From the NCBI GenBank assembly GCA_003151615.1, contig PLXZ01000003.1, positions 3,545-67,544 on the forward strand: a DNA stretch of 64,000 bases. The letters run 5' to 3'. Below are positions 57,061 through 64,000 of this stretch, piece by piece. The notes under the pieces are model-generated. The model did not search any database and had not been told where the DNA came from. It worked only from the letters and a program-made list of their open reading frames with translations. How positions within the stretch are numbered: the stretch's first letter is position 1; every line of letters begins with the position of its first letter. The DNA comes from Candidatus Tayloriibacteriota bacterium. GTDB lineage: Bacteria > Patescibacteriota > Minisyncoccia > Phycocordibacterales > PALSA-1337. The translations under genes were made by a program, and so were the position numbers.

Positions 57061-57969
57061 TCATCCGTTGAAGTTTTCCGGTGCGGCCATGATGGTCATG
57101 GCGGTGATTTTTTTCGAGAAGTATTGGTAATATTCCTCGTTGAATGCCTGGACGGGGCGACCCGCGCCGGCGGACAATTTTTCAAGTATCTCCTGTTTCG
57201 TCCGGACCGTCGTCGTCTTTTCAACGGCATCGGGATTGTGGTCCTTCAGGGCATTGATGACGACTACGGCCTTTTTTCTGTGCGGGTCGGCAAGGCTCGA
57301 AAGCGAAACTTCCCCGACTCGTTCCAAGACCATTTCCATCGAACTGTTCGAGAGACAACCCAGGAGCCTGCAGAAATACCAGATGTCGACTGAATCGAGA
57401 TCCAGTCGGACCAATTCAGGGTCTGCCAGAATCGAACGTATTTCCCCGCAAACAACCTTAGGAGGATAGGGCAATTTTTCCCTCGACTCAATCGTGTCTT
57501 TCTCCTCGCTCGGACGAATGTCTTTCAGCACATTCTTCCATTGCGCTTTCAGGTCCTTTTTTGCGAGCCTGCAGGCAAAGTCGCTGATGTCGATCCACCA
57601 TGTTTCCATGCCGACCTCGGAAACTTCCTTCAGCCATTGCGAGTCGTATTTTTTTCCGAAACCGACCCCCACGATTTTCCGGCGCTCCGCCCATCGCTCC
57701 AACCGTGAAGCTTCATCGCCCGGAGCAACCCGTCCGATGGCCCTCCACATGTAGTCCGCGGCGAACGAACCGAAACGGACATTTTCCTCAACGGCCTGTT
57801 CAACCGTGACCCGACCTCTTTCGGAGTAAGGCGTAAAAGCATAAGGATTCCTGAGACGTTTATTCCACATCTTCCGAAGCCGTCTCTGCCGTTGGAGGTT
57901 CACATAAAGTATTTGCGTTTGTTCGAGAGACTGCGTTGTTGTTAAGCCAATTGCTGGCATGTCAATCAC
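57061..57969 (-). CDS. Hypothetical protein, possibly SAM-methyltransferase-like
   Basis: IVGVGFGKK and WWIDISD resemble MTase motifs I and II only loosely. A terminator hairpin overlaps the stop codon. Confidence 0.35.
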   Translation of the reverse strand: MIDMPAIGLTTTQSLEQTQILYVNLQRQRRLRKMWNKRLRNPYAFTPYSERGRVTVEQAVEENVRFGSFAADYMWRAIGRVAPGDEASRLERWAERRKIVGVGFGKKYDSQWLKEVSEVGMETWWIDISDFACRLAKKDLKAQWKNVLKDIRPSEEKDTIESREKLPYPPKVVCGEIRSILADPELVRLDLDSVDIWYFCRLLGCLSNSSMEMVLERVGEVSLSSLADPHRKKAVVVINALKDHNPDAVEKTTTVRTKQEILEKLSAGAGRPVQAFNEEYYQYFSKKITAMTIMAAPENFNG

Positions 57970-58026
57970 CCCCCTTTCTACCGAATTTATAACACGAAGT
58001 TAGGGGTTTTGCAATGGGAGGCGGCT

Positions 58027-58362
58027 TTATTTTTTGTCCAAAACTCTGATGGACCGGGCAATAATCATAAATGCGTAGGCCCACAAAAACGGTAGCCATA
58101 CCGGCATGATGCCAAACAAAGTATGCCGGACAAATATTTCCACTCCCGTTGAAATGAAAAACCATTCCGACAAAAAGAGACCGATAAACCCGAACACCAA
58201 AAATATCCAGTCATTTTTCTCGCGCTTGATTGTGAGCGTTACGGCGATAAACAGGACGTAAATTCCTGACAAAAGAAAATCGTTTTGAACGAACGGTATC
58301 AGTCCGATCATTATAATGATTGTCAGAATATATAAAAGTATTTTTTGTATGCCGATTTTCAT
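58027..58362 (-). CDS. Small hypothetical membrane protein
   Basis: 111 aa with 3-4 TM helices. Confidence 0.45.
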   Translation of the reverse strand: MKIGIQKILLYILTIIIMIGLIPFVQNDFLLSGIYVLFIAVTLTIKREKNDWIFLVFGFIGLFLSEWFFISTGVEIFVRHTLFGIMPVWLPFLWAYAFMIIARSIRVLDKK

Positions 58363-58374
58363 AATTATTTTTTA

Positions 58375-58929
58375 TTATTTCTTCTCAAATGCCATTGCGA
58401 ACATTCCGGGCGCTTCAACTATTTCCGATTTTCCGAGCAACTCTTTCAAAAATTCGCGGATATTTTCTTTTATTTTCTTGACCTTGGTTTTATCATCGGT
58501 ATCTACTTCGGCTTCAATAAAATATCTCGGTGCTGGCGAATGATCGAATTTGATCGTATCAATTGTTATGCTAACATCCGAATCTTGCATCTTCCCCGCA
58601 AACCATTCACGCTGTTTTCGAATTACGACTGTATTTGGAAAAGCCTTCACCTGCGAATCAAATTCGTTGCGCGCGACCTCATGCTCGTTTTCCTTTCGCG
58701 CCGGCTGACCATCCACCATTTCCCAGATTTTTTCGGTATATATAAATTTTCCGTCTTCGTTACGATATCTTTTCAAGTCATAACCGCCGTATGGAGATTT
58801 GTCCGCCTGAATATAATAATCGTCCTGCGGAGTAATACCTTCCGACGAAAAATCCCGAGTTTTGAATTTGGAAATCAAATCCTGCCGCTCTCCGTCCGTG
58901 ATTTCTACTTTGAGTTCAACTTCGTACAT
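58375..58929 (-). CDS. CYTH-domain protein (second copy in window)
   Basis: N-terminal EVELKVE (ExExK), ~184 aa. Confidence 0.7.
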   Translation of the reverse strand: MYEVELKVEITDGERQDLISKFKTRDFSSEGITPQDDYYIQADKSPYGGYDLKRYRNEDGKFIYTEKIWEMVDGQPARKENEHEVARNEFDSQVKAFPNTVVIRKQREWFAGKMQDSDVSITIDTIKFDHSPAPRYFIEAEVDTDDKTKVKKIKENIREFLKELLGKSEIVEAPGMFAMAFEKK

Positions 58930-59040
58930 GGGTTTATTTTATCATGGATTTTCATTGCTTTCGCGGCGTTTATATTGTAGTGTATTCCCCAGCAAACCGG
59001 ACTATTCGTAATAGTCCATTTCCCAAGAAACTTTAAAAAT

Positions 59041-59778
59041 ATGCTCCTTAAACGTCTTATTATCGTCGGATATCCTGAAGGAAATCTTGCCGGCGCAATC
59101 TACAAGCACGCTTACGCTGAAGCCTTGGTCAACTCTGGTAAATTCAAAGTCATGTTTTACAAACCTGAAATGAAACTCTCGGGATTGAATCTCTCCGGCA
59201 TCGTTGTCATTTATGCGGGCAAAGGCGGCAGATTGCAGGAAACTTATGAACTCTGCGAGACCTATGACCTGCCGCTCATTCAGGCGGCTACCGGTCTGGC
59301 AAAACCGGAAAATCCCGGATTCCCCTTCATCAATGCCCCAAATCTCAGTCCGTTGATCGTCACTTTTTTCAAAGCCCTGAAAAATTTCAAGGCTCCTTAC
59401 GAACCTCTGATGGACCAGCTCACAATCAAGATTCAGGAGTCGCATCAGAAAAGCAAGAAAACCGTTCCAGGGACTGCAAAGAAAATGTCCGAAATCCTGG
59501 GATACGAATTCAAACCGGAGCAGGATTCAATCCGCGACCATACCCGTCAGCTGAAAGAAATCGGCATTCCGGGAGAACATCTCGGGCGACATGCCTACCA
59601 CAATATCACCATTGAGGGATTCATGGCCGAAATAGGCCTGACGACCCGGGTTCTGGGTCTCGATACCTATGGTGTCGGCGCTCTCTGGTTTGCCGAAAGA
59701 ATTCTCGCGCGCGATAATAAAGGCATGCTCGACGACGGCTACCAGGAAATCGAGGAGTTTTTGGAAGAAATCAAATAA
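59041..59778 (+). CDS. dapB: 4-hydroxy-tetrahydrodipicolinate reductase-like (divergent DapB)
   Basis: ESHQKSKKTVPGTA matches DapB E(A)HHxxKxDAPSGTA. INAPNLS matches FAPNFS. The C-terminal block TRVLGLDTYGVGALWFAE resembles the DapB tail. The N-terminal GxGxxG is degenerate. Confidence 0.65.
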   Translation: MLLKRLIIVGYPEGNLAGAIYKHAYAEALVNSGKFKVMFYKPEMKLSGLNLSGIVVIYAGKGGRLQETYELCETYDLPLIQAATGLAKPENPGFPFINAPNLSPLIVTFFKALKNFKAPYEPLMDQLTIKIQESHQKSKKTVPGTAKKMSEILGYEFKPEQDSIRDHTRQLKEIGIPGEHLGRHAYHNITIEGFMAEIGLTTRVLGLDTYGVGALWFAERILARDNKGMLDDGYQEIEEFLEEIK

Positions 59779-59834
59779 AACCGTGTTCTGAAAACCATCA
59801 AGCCCTCCGGCATCTACCGGTCGGCTTTTTTATT

Positions 59835-60491
59835 TTATTTTTTAATCAATTTATCGGTATAGCCCTCTTTAACCAAAAATTCGTAGGCATCCCAAACTTC
59901 CGCCGGAATATCCTGTTCTATTTGAAAGCCGAACTTCGGATATTCCCTGATGCGCTGGAGGTCGCCGACCATGCTATTGATCATGCGGGTCTTGCTCATG
60001 AATTCATTCGGATATTCTTCAAAGGAAATTGTCGGAGAAGTCACAATAATTTCAACGTTCGGAATATGAGCAACAGCAGCCGCGTACGCCCGACGTTCCA
60101 TGTAAGGCTTCTGCACAATAATGATTCGCTGCGGATTAATTCCGCGTTCCTTCATGTGCCTGATTCCAAATTTAAAATTATCTCCCGTGCTTTGCGATTC
60201 ATTTTCAATAATGATTGCTTCTTTTGGAACACCCATTTTGATGGCCAAATCCGCGAAAACTTCAGCCTCGGTCGTTCCGATGAATCGTTCGCGTTCAGGC
60301 TTATGGTTATGGATCGAACCGGAACCAGTAAAGACTATCGCAGGAGCCCAACCGTCGAGATACAGTTGCGCCGCATGTTCCCCGACGCGCGTATCACTGT
60401 TGCCCAATACAAAAATAACATCGGACTTTTGAAGTGGCTGATGCATGAGCATGTAATTCCAGATTTTGAGAGCGGCGTAGTCGATGGTCAT
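59835..60491 (-). CDS. YdcF/DUF218 family protein
   Basis: The DUF218 (ElyC/SanA/YdcF) fold is suggested by VIFVLGNS, FTGSGS and IIIVQKPYMERR blocks. Confidence 0.7.
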   Translation of the reverse strand: MTIDYAALKIWNYMLMHQPLQKSDVIFVLGNSDTRVGEHAAQLYLDGWAPAIVFTGSGSIHNHKPERERFIGTTEAEVFADLAIKMGVPKEAIIIENESQSTGDNFKFGIRHMKERGINPQRIIIVQKPYMERRAYAAAVAHIPNVEIIVTSPTISFEEYPNEFMSKTRMINSMVGDLQRIREYPKFGFQIEQDIPAEVWDAYEFLVKEGYTDKLIKK

Positions 60492-60512
60492 GATGAAGGA
60501 ATTATAGCAAAC

Positions 60513-61514
60513 CTAAACCTTCTCGATAAATTTTTTTAAACTATTCAAGTCAAGCTCAACCATTTTTGACTTCCCTTCTTTTTGAATGACCGGAAATTGT
60601 ATGGTTTTGCCTGTGATTTTCTTGTCGTGAATTACGGAGGACCATCCGGCTTTCATTTTCTTGCCCATTGTGATGCCCAGATGATTCAAAAGCCGGACAA
60701 GATTAATCCGAACGGACGACGCGGATAAACCCAGCGATTCGGTAAACTGAAGTTCCTGAATGAGGCCGAGAATGACAGCCCTTCCGTGGTTGATTTTATA
60801 TTTCAATTCAATCGCATGACCGACAGTGTGTCCCGCATTGAGAATTTGGCGCACCGTAGCATCCCGAAAATCTTTTTCAGTATACGATAATTTGACCGCA
60901 ATTGATTTTTTGACAAGGCTGTCCAATCGCTGACTTTTGGGAAGCGAATTAAGAGTTTCCTTGTTCAAAATCGATAAAATACTTTTATCCTTAATTAATC
61001 CTGCCTTTATGATTTCACCGAGACCGTCGGCAATTTGTTCCCGGGACAAGGATCTGATAAATCGGGTATCCACGACAGTAACGAGAGGTACGGCAAAAAC
61101 TCCTATCTGATTTTTATATTTCAGAAAATTAATGCCGGTCTTTCCGCCATGGGCGCTGTCGACTTGGCCAAGCAACGTAGTGGGGATCTGCACATAGCGA
61201 ACGCCTCGCAGATATATTGACGCGGCAAAACCAACCAGATCGCCCACTGTTCCCCCGCCCAACGCAATCACAATGCTGTTTCGGTCGAGATTCAGTTTGC
61301 TGAATTGTGCGAGCAGTTTTTGAAGCTCTTCCCATTCTTTGGCTTTTTCACCATCGGGAATGAGAACAGTTTTAATATTTGAGAACTTAATTTCATTGAT
61401 CGCCCACTTTAATTTTTTAGCCAAAATGCCCGAAGTTACGATGCAAACCTGCGACGGTCTTGCCTTCTTTAAGATTGAATTGAGCGAACTGATTGAGTAA
61501 GTGATTTTCGACAT
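60513..61514 (-). CDS. 3-dehydroquinate synthase family (AroB-like sugar-phosphate cyclase)
   Basis: VIALGGGTVGDLVGFAAS ... QIPTTLLGQVDSAHGGKTGINF and His residues in the C-terminal metal site. Confidence 0.8.
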   Translation of the reverse strand: MSKITYSISSLNSILKKARPSQVCIVTSGILAKKLKWAINEIKFSNIKTVLIPDGEKAKEWEELQKLLAQFSKLNLDRNSIVIALGGGTVGDLVGFAASIYLRGVRYVQIPTTLLGQVDSAHGGKTGINFLKYKNQIGVFAVPLVTVVDTRFIRSLSREQIADGLGEIIKAGLIKDKSILSILNKETLNSLPKSQRLDSLVKKSIAVKLSYTEKDFRDATVRQILNAGHTVGHAIELKYKINHGRAVILGLIQELQFTESLGLSASSVRINLVRLLNHLGITMGKKMKAGWSSVIHDKKITGKTIQFPVIQKEGKSKMVELDLNSLKKFIEKV

Positions 61515-61521
61515 ACATAAA

Positions 61522-62184
61522 TTACTTTAACACAATCTTCGCCAGAGCCGGATCCGCCAAACTTTTGACGACATGGTCGGCCTCAGAAAAGTCCTGGTGT
61601 TTTGTAAAATGATTTGGAATGGCAACTGCGATGCATCCCGCGGATTTTCCAGCGCGGATTCCATTCACGGCGTCCTCAAGAACGAGACATTCGCCGGGCG
61701 AAAGCTTCAAATCTTTGACGGCCTTTAAATATATGTCGGGACTTGGCTTTGCCACCGCAACATCCTGACCACTGACGATTACTTCGAAACGATCCTTTAT
61801 ATTGAACCTCCCGAGAAGCGCGTCGATCCATTCATGATGGGAACCGCTGGCAATGGCCTTGCGGATGCCGTGTTTGTCGAGAAAATCAAGAAATTCAAAA
61901 AGTCCCGGCATCGGCTGCGACTGGATTTTGAGAAGCTCCAGATATTTGCCGTCGCGTTCCTGGGCAACAATCACCGGATCCGCGTCAATGCCCAATTCCT
62001 CGAGCATGACTTTTATGGCATCGAGCGGTTTCCTTCCCATCATTTTATTCTGAATCTCGAGGGTGAAAACTTTTCCGTGTTTGAGGGCAATATCGGTCTG
62101 CACAATCGAAAAGAGCGATTCCGTATCGAACATCAGGCCGTCCATGTCGAAGATGACTGCCGCAATTTTGTTTTCTTTTATCAT
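61522..62184 (-). CDS. HAD-family hydrolase (beta-phosphoglucomutase-like subfamily IA)
   Basis: AAVIFDMDGLMFDTE motif I, the KP motif and a C-terminal DD (LEDAVNG). Confidence 0.8.
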   Translation of the reverse strand: MIKENKIAAVIFDMDGLMFDTESLFSIVQTDIALKHGKVFTLEIQNKMMGRKPLDAIKVMLEELGIDADPVIVAQERDGKYLELLKIQSQPMPGLFEFLDFLDKHGIRKAIASGSHHEWIDALLGRFNIKDRFEVIVSGQDVAVAKPSPDIYLKAVKDLKLSPGECLVLEDAVNGIRAGKSAGCIAVAIPNHFTKHQDFSEADHVVKSLADPALAKIVLK

Positions 62185-62187
62185 ATA

Positions 62188-62724
62188 TTATTCCTTAAAC
62201 AAATGTGCATTCTCCAAATGAATGAGCGCTGTTGTCACTGCCTGTTTCGTATATGAAAGTCTGGTTAGTCGTCCATGTGTCAAAATCCCAATCAGTCCTT
62301 CCGCTGCACCCACGTTTTTATTTGTCGTCAAGCCGGCCGCTGCGGTTGCATCAGACATATTCATGCCTTTTTCCATCAGTTTGAATACAGATTTCGGCGG
62401 CTCGAATGCGGAAGAAAGTCCAAGATGAATTTCCTTTCCGTCATAGATAGCGCAGACACACAGATCCATCATGCCAGTTTTGGTATACGGAACCTGGACC
62501 ATTCCGCTCTCGATACCAAAACTATAATCGGCATCTCCAATGGCAGACTTCGCCCGATTAATGGCACCTTGAATCGTTTCATCCAATGACTTTGGCTGAT
62601 CACCCACCCCGCTCGGTACAGAGACACCTTCAATAACTGCATCCAAAAGCATCGGGTATTCCTTCGCCAATTCTTTGACTGCTGATATCTTCTGGGGGTT
62701 GAGGGATGCAATGATAAGTTTCAT
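62188..62724 (-). CDS. Inosine/xanthosine triphosphatase-like (YjjX/DUF84, Maf/Ham1 fold)
   Basis: MKLIIASLNPQKI and FGIESG motifs. The start is set at MKLIIAS; the track ORF is longer. Confidence 0.65.
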   Translation of the reverse strand: MKLIIASLNPQKISAVKELAKEYPMLLDAVIEGVSVPSGVGDQPKSLDETIQGAINRAKSAIGDADYSFGIESGMVQVPYTKTGMMDLCVCAIYDGKEIHLGLSSAFEPPKSVFKLMEKGMNMSDATAAAGLTTNKNVGAAEGLIGILTHGRLTRLSYTKQAVTTALIHLENAHLFKE

Positions 62725-62737
62725 AATATAAATTATG

Positions 62738-63400
62738 TTACCAACCTCTTTCCTTGCCTTCCAGCCAAAACTTTCCCGTCTCGACTTTTGAAATTGCCAA
62801 CTTGTAAATGTCATCCGCGGCTTCTTCGGGAATGCGTTCTCCTTCCGGTCCGCCCATATCGGTTTTCACCCAACCCGGGTCGAGGGAAGAAACAATTATA
62901 TTTTTTGGCTGCAATTGGCGGGCCATCGTCCTGGTAAACATATTCAAGGCCGTCTTGGAAATCTTGTATGCGGGAGTATGCCACGTATTTTCGATCGGAT
63001 CACCGAGAGAAGCAGCCATCGAAGATATGTTGATGATATGGCTTGGTACATTAAGAAATGGCAATAATTTAATGGTAAAGTCCGCCGTACTGATTACGTT
63101 GACTTCAAGAGTTTCCCTGAGCTTGTCCGTATCGAGATCGTTTCCGATGTCATCAAGAGCAATCGCCGCATTATTTACAAGTACATCAATTTTCCTGCCA
63201 ATTTTTGCAATATTTTTGATTGCCGCATCAATGCTTTTTTCGTCCGGGTATGCCAATGCAAGCGAAACAAAATTCTTGTCATTGATGTCTACTTTCCCTT
63301 TGGTCGAAGTGCCAATTGTAAACCACCCTTCCGCAAGAAATTTCTTGACAGTTGCCAATCCTATTCCCCTGCTTGCGCCCGTGACGATTACGGTTTTCAT
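62738..63400 (-). CDS. Short-chain dehydrogenase/reductase (SDR)
   Basis: TGASRGIG cofactor motif, NNAA, and the YxxxK catalytic motif (YKISK). Confidence 0.85.
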   Translation of the reverse strand: MKTVIVTGASRGIGLATVKKFLAEGWFTIGTSTKGKVDINDKNFVSLALAYPDEKSIDAAIKNIAKIGRKIDVLVNNAAIALDDIGNDLDTDKLRETLEVNVISTADFTIKLLPFLNVPSHIINISSMAASLGDPIENTWHTPAYKISKTALNMFTRTMARQLQPKNIIVSSLDPGWVKTDMGGPEGERIPEEAADDIYKLAISKVETGKFWLEGKERGW

Positions 63401-63430
63401 GAAGCTATTATAGCAAATTTATGCCTTTTA

Positions 63431-63997
63431 TCATTTTTCAAATACCAAATAATTCCCTTCACTCACGACTTCAATTTTTCCGTCCACGACCTTCAGGGCC
63501 GAGTCATCATCGAGGGCATAGAGCGGATATTTCAATTGCGACCTGAACGGCTCGATCATTTCCTTCCGCACATTTTCAAAATTCTCGGAATCAAGATGCG
63601 GGATTAAAAGACAGTCGACATATCCGAACGGGATTGTTTGGACTCCGGCTTCAGCAGGATCATCATCGTACAATTTCTCCATCAATGCACTTGGCAACTG
63701 CCGCACGACCGCCATGCTTCCGGCGCTGATTCCCATATAGACGCGGGTCTTCAAAAATTCGGGCAGCATCGCATCAAGGCCGCAACCGCGCATTTCCTTC
63801 ACCAGATACTGCACGTCACCGCCGCCGAAATAGATGAGGTCGGCCGCTTCGAAACGCGGACGCCAGATGTTTTGCGAAACGCCGGCGATGTCCAAAACGT
63901 CGACGGACTTATATCCCTTCTTTTGAAGCTGCTGGATATTTTTAATGAGCCAGCTTTTGTCACCCGGAATCGTATTCGCCGCAGTCGGCACGAACAA
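63431..63997 (-). CDS. Peptidase S51 / type-1 glutamine-amidotransferase-like protein (N-terminus beyond window)
   Basis: IYFGGGDVQYL and GISAGSM (nucleophile Ser). The ORF runs to the window edge. Confidence 0.6.
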   Translation of the reverse strand: MFVPTAANTIPGDKSWLIKNIQQLQKKGYKSVDVLDIAGVSQNIWRPRFEAADLIYFGGGDVQYLVKEMRGCGLDAMLPEFLKTRVYMGISAGSMAVVRQLPSALMEKLYDDDPAEAGVQTIPFGYVDCLLIPHLDSENFENVRKEMIEPFRSQLKYPLYALDDDSALKVVDGKIEVVSEGNYLVFEK

Positions 63998-64000
63998 AAT

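Noticed and set aside
1-64000. CRISPR arrays, tRNA and rRNA genes
   Set aside because: No spaced direct-repeat arrays, no GGTTCGAATCC-type T-loops with acceptor stems, and no rRNA-like conserved blocks were seen.

Overview
This 64-kb window looks like a compact, gene-dense bacterial chromosome segment of about 50% GC. Several features suggest a Patescibacteria/CPR-like or other small-genome Gram-positive-type organism, but this is inference only: many genes lack a strong Shine-Dalgarno sequence or appear leaderless; ribonuclease J and a DEAD-box helicase carry RGG-rich tails; the LexA box is of the Cheo type; there are several NUDIX and CYTH genes. I found no rRNA, tRNA or CRISPR array. Recognisable housekeeping genes include secG, an oligopeptide ABC substrate-binding protein, ribonuclease J, an MFS transporter, glutaredoxin, an HI0933 flavoprotein, a Pif1-like helicase, an AI-2E transporter, a J-domain protein, asd, an ABC-F ATPase, cyclophilin, NrnA, ECF sigma factors, dinD, a DEAD-box helicase, an FAD oxidase, yvcK, ccdA plus a thioredoxin-like protein, mscL, uppP, lexA, an alkA-like glycosylase, def, lysine-biosynthesis genes (dapL-like, lysA, dapB-like), an OmpR/histidine-kinase pair, a dehydroquinate-synthase-like gene and an SDR. 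The most unusual features are as follows. (1) A 3-gene cassette on the minus strand (an MGMT-domain protein, a RecB/Cas4-like Fe-S PD-(D/E)XK nuclease and a translationally coupled SAM methyltransferase) is flanked by two directly oriented copies of a hairpin-forming repeat (8322-8440 and 10569-10752) whose stems differ by compensatory base-pair changes. (2) An AT-rich island holds a Type II restriction-modification pair (a gamma-class N6-adenine methyltransferase plus a 173-aa putative endonuclease), followed by an odd non-coding segment bounded by 12-bp inverted repeats. (3) A 153-bp nested palindrome lies at the convergent junction after the ribonuclease J gene. (4) A divergent pair of uncharacterised genes includes one with a DnaJ-type CxxCxGxG zinc finger. 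(5) Adjacent CYTH and NUDIX genes, plus an EVE-domain protein. (6) An apparent SOS regulon: a perfect GAAC-N4-GTTC box sits between the lexA operon and the alkA-like gene, and dinD is present.
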